A stretch of DNA of 64,000 bases. Origin: Desulfatiglandales bacterium. GTDB lineage: Bacteria; Desulfobacterota; DSM-4660; Desulfatiglandales; Desulfatiglandaceae. The translations under genes and the position numbers were made by a program. Shown here piece after piece: positions 50,023-60,023 of the stretch (its first letter is position 1; every line of letters begins with the position of its first letter). Under the pieces are notes generated by a model, which worked only from the letters and a program-made list of their open reading frames with translations, did no database searches and was not told the origin of the DNA. The stretch is from assembly GCA_963666345.1 (NCBI GenBank), contig OY762721.1, forward strand, positions 1,920,001-1,984,000, in the 5' to 3' direction.

Positions 50023-50285
50023 GATTCGGGCAACAGTTCCTCCAGGCCGTATAGGGCCGCTCTGCCTTTTTTCAGTGATTCCAGACCACTTTCAATTTCC
50101 TCCATAAAATTGGAGTCGAATCGAATCTTGATGGTCTCCCGCCAGCTTTCAAATTCATCCGGGCTCACCATTACAGCAACAGGTCGGCCGTTTTTTGTAA
50201 TGATTACCTCTTCATCGGTCTGCTTTACGGAATCGACCAATGCGCTCAGTTTCATCTTGGCTTCCGACACGGACATAGTATTCAT
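50019..50285 (-). CDS. Phd/YefM family antitoxin
   Basis: MSVSEAKMKLS...VIITKNGRPVAVM; operator-like palindrome TTGAC-N10-GTCAA at 50306-50325. Confidence 0.92.
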   Translation of the reverse strand: MNTMSVSEAKMKLSALVDSVKQTDEEVIITKNGRPVAVMVSPDEFESWRETIKIRFDSNFMEEIESGLESLKKGRAALYGLEELLPES

Positions 50286-50417
50286 AATATAGAACCTTAT
50301 ATAGGTTGACTTAAATTATAGTCAATATATAAGCTTTTTTAAAATGACTGTCAAGAATACCGAGGCGAGTAACCGCCCTGTTGGTTCTGAAATCAGCACA
50401 GAAAAAAAGAATTTTTG

Positions 50418-50712
50418 TTAGCCGCCCGTTCACTGCGTTCACTTGACAAAACAGGATAAAAACGGATGAAAAGATTTTTACTCTGCCGACATGGCAGAGT
50501 AAAAGCTTCGTTTGCTTCGCAAAGGGTGGCTGGTTGTTCCTTTTCCAACTCCCAAAAAAAATCGATCACCATTCACCGGTTACTGGGATAACAAAAAAAA
50601 TAAAAGATCTTCTATGTGATTAGCTTCTTTCCCTTGGCTCCTCGACTCCTGGAACCCTTGGACCCTGTCTTATTAACCACCCGCTTCGCTGGCAAAACAA
50701 GATATAAACGAG
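50418..50712. repeat. Hairpin element copies 12 (A) and 13 (5' half only)
   Basis: 50418-50527 and 50673-50712. Confidence 0.88.
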
Positions 50713-50730
50713 TGGTTACACCCCATAATA

Positions 50731-51354
50731 TCACCTGGAGTTTGGAAGCATAAGGTGGCCCTTCTCCACCAGGTAGCCGAGTATTTTCATGGCCCCCTCC
50801 TGGGGAGTCAATTCTGCTGTCTTTATAACAAGCTCGGGATTAACAGGTGCCTCATAAGGGTCATCGATTCCGGTAAAGCCCTTTATCTCTCCTTTGCGTG
50901 CCTTCTTGTACAAACCCTTTGGGTCCCTCTTTTCACATACGTCAATAGGGGCATCTATAAATATTTCCATAAAAAACAGTCCGGCTTCATCATGTATCTT
51001 TCTTGCTATTTCACGGTCCTTTGCATATGGTGAAATGAAGCTGGTCATGGTTATGAAGCCTGCGTCTGCGAAAAGTTTAGCGACCTCTCCTATACGGCGT
51101 ATATTTTCCTCACGGTCTTCAGCTGAAAAACCCAGGTTCTTGTTCAGTCCATGTCTGACATTATCTCCGTCAAGGACATATGCAAGTCTGTCTCTTTGAA
51201 CAAGGGCATGCTCAAGGGTAAATGCCAGGGTGCTTTTGCCTGATGCACTAAGGCCAGTCATCCAGATAGTGCAGCCCCTTTGTTGGAGCAGATTCTCACG
51301 TAATTCACGGTTTACATGTCCCTCATGCCAAATGATATTATTCGCTATCTGCAT
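50731..51354 (-). CDS. cysC: Adenylyl-sulfate kinase
   Basis: IWMTGLSASGKST, LDGDNVRHGL, ENIRRIGEVA, RDPKGLY, FTGIDDPYE. Confidence 0.97.
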   Translation of the reverse strand: MQIANNIIWHEGHVNRELRENLLQQRGCTIWMTGLSASGKSTLAFTLEHALVQRDRLAYVLDGDNVRHGLNKNLGFSAEDREENIRRIGEVAKLFADAGFITMTSFISPYAKDREIARKIHDEAGLFFMEIFIDAPIDVCEKRDPKGLYKKARKGEIKGFTGIDDPYEAPVNPELVIKTAELTPQEGAMKILGYLVEKGHLMLPNSR

Positions 51355-51387
51355 TGATATTCACCTATTAAATTTTGCTAGAAAAGG

Positions 51388-51486
51388 TTTAACCTTTCGC
51401 TTTGCTTGACAAAACAGGATAAAAACGGATGTTTTTTACTCTGCCGACACTGGCATAGCAAAAGCTTCATTTGCTACTCAAAAGGT
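51388..51486. repeat. Hairpin element copy 14 (type A, degenerate)
   Basis: GCTTGACAAAACAGGATAAAAACGGATG...CTCTGCCGACACTGGCATAGCAAAAGCTT; abuts the stop codon of the upstream gene. Confidence 0.85.
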
Positions 51487-53081
51487 TACTGCAGGGAAGG
51501 ATATTTCTTGCCGCAGGCAGGGCAGGTCTTGTCTTTATTCAGGGTCTCCCCGCATTCGCATACCCAGCCTTTATGGGTTGCCGGATTTCCGACCACAAGG
51601 GCATGATCGGGTACGTCCCTTGTTACCACGGCACCTGCGCCGATAAGAGAGTAACTGCCGATTGTAACCCCGCACACTACCGTGCAGTTGGCACCAAGGG
51701 TTGCCCCCTTCTTTACAAGGGTAGGCCTTGCCTGATCCATTTTACTAATCTCAGCCCTCGGATTGTACACATTGGTAAACACCATGCTGGGCCCGCAGAA
51801 CACCCCGTCTTCAAGGGTAACGCCCTTATACACGGATACGTTATTCTGTATCTTGCACCTGTTTCCTATTACCGCTTCAGGGCCTATGACCACATTCTGC
51901 CCTATATTGCACTGTCTGCCGACGCATGAGCCTGAAAGAAGATGAGAAAAATGCCATATCTTTGTTCCATCACCTATCTTGCAGTCCTGGTCAATAATAG
52001 AAGAGGGGTGCGCATAAAAGCCTTTTTCATCTTTATCGGCTGCCTGAATTTTCGCCTCTCTGCCCGCAGCCTCCACTTCTATCCTTCTGCCTCCATCATC
52101 GAGCGACATTTGAGAGCGGTTGAGCACCCTCAGGACCCTGAGGCCCTCTATCCCGTCTGTTACAGGGATCTTCCCGTTTGTGATGCAATCGATAAAATGT
52201 TCACACTCAAGCCTTAATGGTTCCGCCTCCGCCATTTCAACCCTTTCAGGCATCCCCTTTTCAGGCACCGGAATATTTTTCTCCCAGTTTATCTTGTGCG
52301 GATAGAGAAGCAGTTTGTCCTTCCAGGGTTGGGTGTCGTCAAAAACCGCCATTTTTTTGTCCCCCACAACTACCAGTTTCTGCTCTTTAAAGGGGTGAAG
52401 CCAGGAGACAAATATGTGCGCCTTCAGGCCTGAGGGAAACTCAAGGTGCGTGGTGGTGACATCCGCGATCTTCTTGTGAAGGTAGTTTCCGCCTGTGGCT
52501 GAAACCGCGTCAGGCGTTTCTCCTGCAAGGGAAAGGATCATGGATATGTCATGGGGTGCAAAAGACCAGAGGATGTTTTCTTCCCGCCTGATCTTTCCCA
52601 GGTTAAGCCTGTTTGAATATATATAGTTGATCCGGCCAAGCTCGCCACCTGAAGCAAGCTCCTTGAGTCTTATAAAGGCTGGATGGTGCTGCAGCAGGTG
52701 CCCTACCATCAGGACAAGGCCCTTATCTTCGGCAATAGAGATAAGTTCTTCGGCCGCATTTTCATCAAGCACAAGCGGTTTTTCAACATACACATGCCTT
52801 CCAGCCAGAAGCGCCTCCCTTGCCAGGTTATAATGGGTCTCGGCAGGGGTGGCAATAACCACTCCTTTTATATCTTCCCTTGAGATCACTTCATTTAAGG
52901 CGATGCAGGTATCTATGTCAGGATAGTTTTTCCTGAACTGGGCCAGGGTCTCTTCGTTTCTGTCACAGATAAGCCTCAGGGAACCGAGTTGATAGTAATT
53001 TCTTACAAGATTTTTCCCCCAGTAGCCGCTTCCAATAACTGCGATGCCCGGTCTTTTTTTATCTGCCGTGCCTTTGTCCAA
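51486..53081 (-). CDS. Fused Gfo/Idh/MocA dehydrogenase (WbpB-like) and LbH N-acetyltransferase (WbpD-like)
   Basis: IGSGYWG, YVEKP, SFAPHD; then [37 protein letters not shown]. Confidence 0.9.
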   Translation of the reverse strand: MDKGTADKKRPGIAVIGSGYWGKNLVRNYYQLGSLRLICDRNEETLAQFRKNYPDIDTCIALNEVISREDIKGVVIATPAETHYNLAREALLAGRHVYVEKPLVLDENAAEELISIAEDKGLVLMVGHLLQHHPAFIRLKELASGGELGRINYIYSNRLNLGKIRREENILWSFAPHDISMILSLAGETPDAVSATGGNYLHKKIADVTTTHLEFPSGLKAHIFVSWLHPFKEQKLVVVGDKKMAVFDDTQPWKDKLLLYPHKINWEKNIPVPEKGMPERVEMAEAEPLRLECEHFIDCITNGKIPVTDGIEGLRVLRVLNRSQMSLDDGGRRIEVEAAGREAKIQAADKDEKGFYAHPSSIIDQDCKIGDGTKIWHFSHLLSGSCVGRQCNIGQNVVIGPEAVIGNRCKIQNNVSVYKGVTLEDGVFCGPSMVFTNVYNPRAEISKMDQARPTLVKKGATLGANCTVVCGVTIGSYSLIGAGAVVTRDVPDHALVVGNPATHKGWVCECGETLNKDKTCPACGKKYPSLQ

Positions 53082-53251
53082 TTTTTTCTGTCCCCTTTTT
53101 CAATTCACCTATCAGGCTGTTGATTAATATTTTATCTTTTTTTATCCACAGAAGCGGCATGAAGATACACCTCCGGTCCTTCGGTTACACCGATTAAACA
53201 GCATAGCATTCTGATATAACTAATAATTCAGTCAAACAGCCCTTGAAATCA

Positions 53252-53830
53252 TCACCAGAGCTTTATCAACCTTTCAGGGCTTATCCCCGCCTTTTCACTG
53301 AAGGCCTGGATATCTCCCGCGTTCTCATCAAATATGAGGACAGCGTCAAAGTTGTCGTTGTCAAAATCCGCAAGCGCCTCAAGGCTTTCGCATCTGCCCA
53401 CAATATACATATTCAAAGATTTATCCTTTATCAGGGAAATAAGGCAGTCCCGCACAATTTGAGGCCCGACAAAGACAAAGCGCTCATGTCCACTATCTTC
53501 AAGCGGGAACAGTTTTTCCGCAAGCCTTTGCCTGAGAAGGTTGTATTCCTTGAGTTTTGAAATGACAAATCTGACCGCAAGCCTTGACTTGGTTTCAATG
53601 CCTTTTGGGGTGAGCAGATACGCATAGCCTATCTTGTGAGGGCTTTTTTTGAAGTTGCCTATCTTTACAAGGCCTTTTTCCAAAAAACTTTTGAGAAGAA
53701 AATTTACCTTCCCCAGACTCATGCCGGAGCATTCCGCAAGCTGCCGCTGGGAGGTTATCTCCTCCGAGTCGAGTGCGTCAAGCAACCGGAAATCCCGCTC
53801 AGAATGCCTTACCGGAGAATCTTCCTGCAT
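53252..53830 (-). CDS. EPS-associated MarR-type winged-helix regulator with C-terminal Rossmann-like domain
   Basis: SQRQLA..GMSLGKVNFLL...KGLVK...YAYLLTPKGIETKSRL. Confidence 0.9.
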   Translation of the reverse strand: MQEDSPVRHSERDFRLLDALDSEEITSQRQLAECSGMSLGKVNFLLKSFLEKGLVKIGNFKKSPHKIGYAYLLTPKGIETKSRLAVRFVISKLKEYNLLRQRLAEKLFPLEDSGHERFVFVGPQIVRDCLISLIKDKSLNMYIVGRCESLEALADFDNDNFDAVLIFDENAGDIQAFSEKAGISPERLIKLW

Positions 53831-53899
53831 AATATTTCAGCCACTTTTTAGAGGTTGGCCCTGATACACGAAACAAAAACAATACTGTAAAAGGCAAAT

Positions 53900-53948
53900 T
53901 GTTCACTGCTGAACATTATTCATACCCAGAACAAATCTTTTTTGTCAA
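53900..53948 (-). promoter_or_regulatory. Promoter and palindromic operator upstream of the MarR gene
   Basis: Minus-strand TTGACA-18-TATGAA, followed by TGTTCA-N4-TGAACA (53900-53915). Confidence 0.55.
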
Positions 53949-54138
53949 GAGCAAATAGCACCTTATTCTGCACATTCTTATGTGCATTTATGCACAAAAA
54001 AATGTGCACTGAGCGGTTTCTTGACCCTGTTTCTCATTAACGGCTGAACCTGATTTTTCTTTAGCGGATTTCTCAATTACCTTTAAAAAAAGGGTAAGCG
54101 GGGTTCCCGCCCATCAATTTTTGCCTGCAGGATTCAGA

Positions 54139-54155
54139 TTGGCACGCAAATTGAA
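54139..54155 (+). promoter_or_regulatory. Putative sigma54 -24/-12 promoter
   Basis: TTGGCACGCAAATTGAA versus consensus TGGCACG-N4-TTGC. Confidence 0.55.
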
Positions 54156-54395
54156 ATAATATCAACAAGCTACAGAAAGATAAAAGACGTTTGCACAAAG
54201 GATGCCGCCTCCGATCAATTCCCAAATACGAAACCTGCTATTGCACGACTTGAAATTCCGAAACATGCTGAGCCAAGCTTGAGTACCCGCGCCGACACAA
54301 CTGTCTGGTGCTATTAATTACCGGAAGACCGCGGTACCCCCTTTTTGAGGGGTTTTATTGTCAAATTGAAAACCTCAAGCAAAGGAGAAAACAAG

Positions 54396-54671
54396 ATGAG
54401 AAAGATAAGAAAAGGCCTTGTCATAGGAATTTGTATTTCCCTTATACTTGCCTTTGCCTCCGTTTCAATTGCAGAGGAAAAGATCAATATCAACAGCGCC
54501 GGCCAGGAGCAACTCATGCAGCTTGAGAAGATCGGACCCAGCTATGCGGACAGGATCATCGAATACAGGGAAAAAAACGGCAAATTCGAAAAACCGGAAG
54601 ATATCCTCAAGGTCAAGGGGATCGGTCCCAAGACCTATGAACTGAACAAGGATCGGATAACGGTGAATTAG
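54396..54671 (+). CDS. comEA: ComEA family helix-hairpin-helix DNA-binding protein
   Basis: Signal peptide, KININSA..EQLMQLEKIGP..A.RIIEYR...VKGIGPK; AAGGAG RBS. Confidence 0.92.
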   Translation: MRKIRKGLVIGICISLILAFASVSIAEEKININSAGQEQLMQLEKIGPSYADRIIEYREKNGKFEKPEDILKVKGIGPKTYELNKDRITVN

Positions 54672-55102
54672 AGACTTTCACAAAATAGAGGAGAGAGGGA
54701 GGGGCGGATCTGAAAAACCTTGCCAGACTGCTTTTACCCCCTCTCCCACAGCAGGGGAAAAGGGAGTGAAGGGAATTATAAAGTTAAAATATAATTTACC
54801 CGGAGGATATCATGAAAAAACAGGCGGTTATTCTGGCCATGCTTTTGTTTCTTTTTCCGGCAGGGGTGACAGCCGGGAAGATAACCCTTTCATGCGAGGT
54901 ACTGGAGCCTTCTCCTGAAATCAAGGCCGTTGATCACGACCTTCAAAGTCTCAGGTATCTGCTCATTCATCACGCCAACAGCAAGGACTGTGAATCGGCA
55001 TGCAAAAATGACCCACCTATAGGGCGAATCGGCGTCCAAAATTGACCCACCCCTGAAAGCCTTCTATTCTGCTGTGACTATGGTAGAAGGAGGCGGAAAG
55101 GG

Positions 55103-56620
55103 ATGCTCACAGTGGAAACAATCCGTAAGATACGATTAGCTGTTCTCAGAGATGGCAAATCCATACGTCAGACAGCGAAGGATCTGCGCCTTAGCAAAAA
55201 TACAGTAAAAAAGGCGATAAGGAGCGGAGAAACATCTTTTCAGTACGAACGAAGCAACCAGCCAAGACCCAAGCTGGGGCCGTTTATAGACATGCTGAAA
55301 GGCTTTCTGGAAGAAGACGAGAAACTGCCCAAAAAACTGCGCAGGACAGCCCAGATACTTTTTGAAGAGCTGCAACTCAACGGCTACGAAGGTGGCTATG
55401 ACAGCGTACGGAGATATGTTCAAAGATGGCGCCAGGATCAAAGGAGCTTGCCAAAGGAGGTATTTATACCTTTGGTATTTGATCCTGCAGAAGCCTTTCA
55501 GTTTGACTGGAGTCATGAGTGGGTAGATCTGGACGGAAGCAGAGTAAAGGCAAAGGTTGCACATATAAGGTTATGTCACAGCCGCTACTTCCTTTGTATT
55601 GCCTACCCCAGAGAAACCCAGGAGATGGTGTTTGATGCCCATATCAGGGCCTTTGAGTTTTTTGGGGGAGTTTGCCGTAAAGGCATCTATGACAATCTCA
55701 AAACAGTGGTTAACAAGATCCTGGGAGGAAGGGAAAGACAGTTCAACAGCCGCTTCAGCCAACTGTGTTCCCATTATTTATTTGAACCGGTAAGCTGCAC
55801 CCCTGCTGCAGGTTGGGAAAAGGGTCAGGTGGAAAACCAGGTAGGTGTGGTCAGAAGGAGATTTTTCACTCCCCGAATCAAGGCCAGGGATTTCACACAC
55901 CTAAACGAGCTGCTTAGAGAACAATGCATCACCTGGGCAAAGACCCGTAAGCATCCAACAATATCTGATAAGACGGTTTGGCAGGTCTACAGTGAAGAGA
56001 GACCCTATCTGATAAATCTACCACCTCTCTTTGATGGATATGCACAACGTCCAGCCAGGGTTACCCCCAGCTCACTTGTAACCTATGACCGGAACCGATA
56101 CAGCGTTAATTGCAGCCAGGTGGGTAAAGCGGTCTATATGAGAGTATATGCCGATCGGATAGTGATAGTAAATAACGGTTGTATCGTAGGAGAGCATGAT
56201 AGGCATTTTGGAAAGAACAAGACTATTTTTAATCCCTGGCATTATGTCCCGGTCCTTGAACGTAAGCCCGGGGCTCTCCGTAATGGAGCCCCCTTTAAAG
56301 ACTGGCAACTTCCCGATCCTGTCGAAGGCGTCCTAAATGGGCTTCAAAACCGTTTTTCCGACTGGGACCGTCAGTTTGTGGCCATTCTAAATGCTGTTCC
56401 TTTCTACGGACTTGAGGCTGTAAGTAAAGCCTGTAAGGAGGCCCTAAAGATAAGGGCCGTAAGTAAAGAGGTGGTTCTCAATCTTTTAAACAGGGATCAG
56501 GATCAGGATTGCACGCCTGATTTGGGTATCCCCTCCCATCTGATTCTCAAGCAAGAGCCCATAGCAGACTGCCGCCGCTATGAACGTTTGGTAAGGGAGG
56601 GATACCATGCTGCGCAATGA
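55103..56620 (+). CDS. istA: IS21 transposase
   Basis: [23 protein letters not shown] (DDE), GALRNGAPF. Confidence 0.96.
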   Translation: MLTVETIRKIRLAVLRDGKSIRQTAKDLRLSKNTVKKAIRSGETSFQYERSNQPRPKLGPFIDMLKGFLEEDEKLPKKLRRTAQILFEELQLNGYEGGYDSVRRYVQRWRQDQRSLPKEVFIPLVFDPAEAFQFDWSHEWVDLDGSRVKAKVAHIRLCHSRYFLCIAYPRETQEMVFDAHIRAFEFFGGVCRKGIYDNLKTVVNKILGGRERQFNSRFSQLCSHYLFEPVSCTPAAGWEKGQVENQVGVVRRRFFTPRIKARDFTHLNELLREQCITWAKTRKHPTISDKTVWQVYSEERPYLINLPPLFDGYAQRPARVTPSSLVTYDRNRYSVNCSQVGKAVYMRVYADRIVIVNNGCIVGEHDRHFGKNKTIFNPWHYVPVLERKPGALRNGAPFKDWQLPDPVEGVLNGLQNRFSDWDRQFVAILNAVPFYGLEAVSKACKEALKIRAVSKEVVLNLLNRDQDQDCTPDLGIPSHLILKQEPIADCRRYERLVREGYHAAQ

Positions 56621-57338
56621 TATCATGGACCAGATGGAAAAACTAAAGTTGCGGGGTATGCAGTCCATTTATGATGAAGTTGTCTCCAATGGACGCAAGA
56701 GCCATTCAACGCCTGAAAAGGTAATCCTGGAACTGCTCAAGGCTGAAGCTGCCGAAAGATATATAAGGAGTATCCGATATCGTATGGGACAGGCCAGGTT
56801 TCCTGTCCTTAAAGATATCGATGGCTTTGATTTTAACGGGGCCTGTGTTGATGAAGCCCAGATTAGGTCTATTTATCAGGGTGATTTTATAGCCGAACAT
56901 ATCAACCTGATTTTTGTAGGTGGCACCGGTACGGGCAAAACCCATTTAGCCATAACTATAGCGGCCCAGGCCATAAGGAATGGCAGGAAGTGCAAGTTTT
57001 ATAACCTGGTGGATCTGGCAAATGAGCTTGAGCAGGAGAAAATGATTGGATTGGCCGGCAAAATCACAGCAAGACTACTTCGATTTGATCTTGTGGTCCT
57101 CGATGAACTGGGTTATCTGCCTTTTTCCAAAAACGGCAGTCAACTGCTCTTTCATCTTATATCAAAACTCTACGAACAGACATCCATAGTAATCACCACC
57201 AACTTGACCTTCGGTGAATGGCCCCAAGTCTTTGGAGATAAAAAAATGACTACGGCCATGCTTGATCGGTTGACTCATCATTGTGAAATTATAGAAACAG
57301 GTAACGAAAGCTGGAGAATGAAACACGCAGCTTCATAG
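56607..57338 (+). CDS. istB: IS21 helper ATPase
   Basis: [36 protein letters not shown]. Confidence 0.97.
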   Translation: MLRNDIMDQMEKLKLRGMQSIYDEVVSNGRKSHSTPEKVILELLKAEAAERYIRSIRYRMGQARFPVLKDIDGFDFNGACVDEAQIRSIYQGDFIAEHINLIFVGGTGTGKTHLAITIAAQAIRNGRKCKFYNLVDLANELEQEKMIGLAGKITARLLRFDLVVLDELGYLPFSKNGSQLLFHLISKLYEQTSIVITTNLTFGEWPQVFGDKKMTTAMLDRLTHHCEIIETGNESWRMKHAAS

Positions 57339-57617
57339 ATAAAGAAGGGATCAACTACTCAACTATTTAACCATATTTTTTTCTCAGGGGTGGGTCAATT
57401 TTGGACGCCGATGATGGGTCAATTTTCAACGCCTATTGACACAAGGACAGGGAAACGCTTTCGAACTGGCTTAAAACCAGGCATGGGGCAAACGTGGAGT
57501 TTTTTATAGGGGGCAGAAGATACAGCGGCCTTCTGTGCCGCCTGGCAAACTGCTTCGGTCGCGGGATACTGATATTCAAGGCGGATGTAAGGCCTGAAAA
57601 AAGGGATATTATAGAGG

Positions 57618-58562
57618 TTATACTTCCGCCCTGAAAAACTCGACAGCCCTTTTAAGGCCCTCTTCAAGGCTCATGGCCGGCTCCCAATCAAGCCTTGATT
57701 TTGCAAGCGAAATATCAGGCCTCCTTTTGAGCGGATCATCCTGGGGAAGCTTTCTAAAGATTATCCCGGAACTGCTGCCGGTCAGCCTGATAACGGCCTC
57801 TGCCAATTTCAAAACCGTGATTTCATCCGGATTACCCAGGTTTACGGGACCGGTAAAATCATCAGGGGCCGCCATCATCCTGATAAGTCCTTCGATCATA
57901 TCGTCCACATAGCAGAAAGAACGGCTCTGGCTGCCGTCCCCGTACACGGTTATGTCCGCTCCGCTCAGGGCCTGGCAGATAAAATTGCTTACCACCCTGC
58001 CGTCGCTCGGATGCATCCTGGGCCCGTAGGTGTTGAATATACGCACGACCCTGATGTTGACCCCGTTCTGGCGGTGATAATCAAAAAAGAGGGTCTCGGA
58101 GCAGCGCTTCCCTTCATCATAACACGATCTGGGGCCTATGGTATTAACATTTCCCCAGTAGTCTTCCTTCTGCGGATGCACGTTCGGGTTGCCGTAGATT
58201 TCACTGGTAGAGGCCTGAAGGACCTTGGCCTTTACCCTCTTTGCAAGCCCCAGCATGTGGATCGCGCCCATAACGCTCGTCTTGGTCGTCTTAACGGGGT
58301 TGTACTGATAATGTATGGGAGATGCGGGGCATGCCATGTTGTAGATCTCGTCCACCTCCAGAAATATCGGTTGAACAAGATCGTGGCGAATGAGTTCAAA
58401 GTTTGATTTCCCCAAAAGATGGCTGATATTTTTCTTTGATCCGGTAAAAAAATTGTCCAGGCAGATAACATCGTTTCCTTCAGCCACAAGCCTGTCACAG
58501 AGATGAGAGCCCAGAAACCCGGCGCCCCCTGTAACCAGAATTCGTTTCTGTTTGTGAATCAT
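57618..58562 (-). CDS. uxs: UDP-glucuronate decarboxylase (UDP-xylose synthase family)
   Basis: [50 protein letters not shown]. Confidence 0.93.
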   Translation of the reverse strand: MIHKQKRILVTGGAGFLGSHLCDRLVAEGNDVICLDNFFTGSKKNISHLLGKSNFELIRHDLVQPIFLEVDEIYNMACPASPIHYQYNPVKTTKTSVMGAIHMLGLAKRVKAKVLQASTSEIYGNPNVHPQKEDYWGNVNTIGPRSCYDEGKRCSETLFFDYHRQNGVNIRVVRIFNTYGPRMHPSDGRVVSNFICQALSGADITVYGDGSQSRSFCYVDDMIEGLIRMMAAPDDFTGPVNLGNPDEITVLKLAEAVIRLTGSSSGIIFRKLPQDDPLKRRPDISLAKSRLDWEPAMSLEEGLKRAVEFFRAEV

Positions 58563-58574
58563 ATCTGTTTATTC

Positions 58575-59975
58575 CTAATGCCTAGAAGGAGATAATTCAA
58601 AATGGGTAAGAGCCGGCCGTCCTATTGAAAAGACATTGAATCCGATCTCAAACAGCCTGCCATAATCAAGGATATTTCTTCCGTCAAATATAAAGGCCGG
58701 TTTTTTCATCCGGTCATATATTTTCTTGTAATCAAGCCTCCGGTAGACATCCCACTCGGTCATTACGGCAACGGCATCGCAACCATCTGCCGCCTCATAG
58801 GGATCAACGATATAGCTTATATCCTCTAAACCCTTAAGATCATCTTTCGCGTTTTCCAGGGCCTCAGGATCGGTAATAACAAGCCTTGCCCTTTCCTCGG
58901 CGAGCCTTTCGGCTATATATATGGCGGCGCTCTCCCTGGTATCTCCTGTGTCCGCCTTAAAGGCGAACCCGAACAGGCATATCTTTTTGTCAGTCAGCGT
59001 GTTGAACATGGAATTGAGCATGTTCAGGACGAAACGCTCCTTCTGATATTCGTTTATTTCTATAACGCCTTCCCAGTATCGACCCACGGTTTCAAGCCCG
59101 TAGTAGGTGCAAAGATATACAAGGTGCAGGACATCCTTTTTAAAACATGACCCGCCGAATCCGATACTCGCGTTGAGGAATTTGTTTCCAAGCCGGCTGT
59201 CCATGCCCACGGCCCTCGCCACCTCACTGACATTGGCGTTTGTCTTCTCACACAGGGCCGAAATGGAATTGATCGATGATATCCTCTGGGCCAGGAATGC
59301 GTTTGATACCAGTTTTGAAAGCTCACTGCTCCAGATACTGGAGCTTATTATCTTTTCCTTCGGCACCCAGTTAGCGTATATTCTGCACAGTTCATCTCTT
59401 GCCCTAAGGCCTGAAGGTGTTTCCCTTGATCCTATAAGGACCCTGTCGGGATTCTCAAGGTCCCTTATCGCGGTGCCTTCAGCCAGAAACTCCGGGTTTG
59501 AAAGCACATCAAAGTGCACGCCGTTTCGGTTTGAGGTAAGGATCCTCTCCATGGCCTCAGCAGTCTTTACAGGCAGGGTGCTCTTTTCAACTATGATCTT
59601 GGACGAATCGGAATTTTCCCTGATCTGACGGGCGGTCTTTTCCCAGTACTGCAGATCGGGTGCCATGCCCGCGCCGGCGCCATAGGTCTTGGTCGGCGTA
59701 TTTACACTCACAAAAATTATGTCCGACTCTCTGATTCCCGCCTCTATGTCCGTGCTGAAAAAAAGGTTCCTCCCCCTTGCCTCCATGACTATCTCTTTTA
59801 GTCCCGGCTCGTATATGGGAAGGGAATCGGAACTCCACTGCCTGATCCTGTCGGGATTTACATCAACGACCGTGACCTTATGGCCGGGGCACCTGTGGGC
59901 GATTACCGCCATTGTGGGCCCACCCACATAGCCTGCTCCGATACATAAGATTTTTTTTTCAAATATCTGGTTCAT
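58575..59975 (-). CDS. ugd: UDP-glucose 6-dehydrogenase
   Basis: [48 protein letters not shown]. Confidence 0.96.
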   Translation of the reverse strand: MNQIFEKKILCIGAGYVGGPTMAVIAHRCPGHKVTVVDVNPDRIRQWSSDSLPIYEPGLKEIVMEARGRNLFFSTDIEAGIRESDIIFVSVNTPTKTYGAGAGMAPDLQYWEKTARQIRENSDSSKIIVEKSTLPVKTAEAMERILTSNRNGVHFDVLSNPEFLAEGTAIRDLENPDRVLIGSRETPSGLRARDELCRIYANWVPKEKIISSSIWSSELSKLVSNAFLAQRISSINSISALCEKTNANVSEVARAVGMDSRLGNKFLNASIGFGGSCFKKDVLHLVYLCTYYGLETVGRYWEGVIEINEYQKERFVLNMLNSMFNTLTDKKICLFGFAFKADTGDTRESAAIYIAERLAEERARLVITDPEALENAKDDLKGLEDISYIVDPYEAADGCDAVAVMTEWDVYRRLDYKKIYDRMKKPAFIFDGRNILDYGRLFEIGFNVFSIGRPALTHFELSPSRH

Positions 59976-60023
59976 GATTTTTTCGGGTCCAAGGGGTCAA
60001 GGATTCAAGTTATGCTTAGGTTA

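Larger units (their letters stand above)
54989..57441 (+). mobile_element. IS21-family insertion sequence, apparently intact
   Basis: TG...CA ends, tandem terminal repeats (ATCGGCGTCCAAAATTGACCCACCCCTGA and its exact inverse), 7-bp target duplication CAAGGAC at 54982-54988 and 57442-57448. Confidence 0.96.
54812..57634 (+). pseudogene. ~120 aa secreted hypothetical protein interrupted by IS21
   Basis: Removing the IS and one copy of the duplication joins ...HHANSKD to RETLSNWLKT...EVILPP* in frame (stop 57632-57634). Confidence 0.85.

Noticed and set aside
40551..51486. CRISPR array interpretation of the repeated element
   Set aside because: Repeats are 75-110 bp and degenerate, spacing is irregular (100 bp to 4 kb), spacers are genes or mutually homologous, and no cas genes are present.
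40551..51486. Canonical integron attC sites
   Set aside because: Some copies end in GTTAAAC on the minus strand and one has a stop within TAAC, but the element is not palindromic end to end, paired R boxes are not consistent, and no intI is in the window. Not called; an IntegronFinder run would settle it.
54160..54390. Riboswitch in the comEA leader
   Set aside because: I could not match c-di-GMP or other known aptamer motifs by eye; an Rfam scan is needed.
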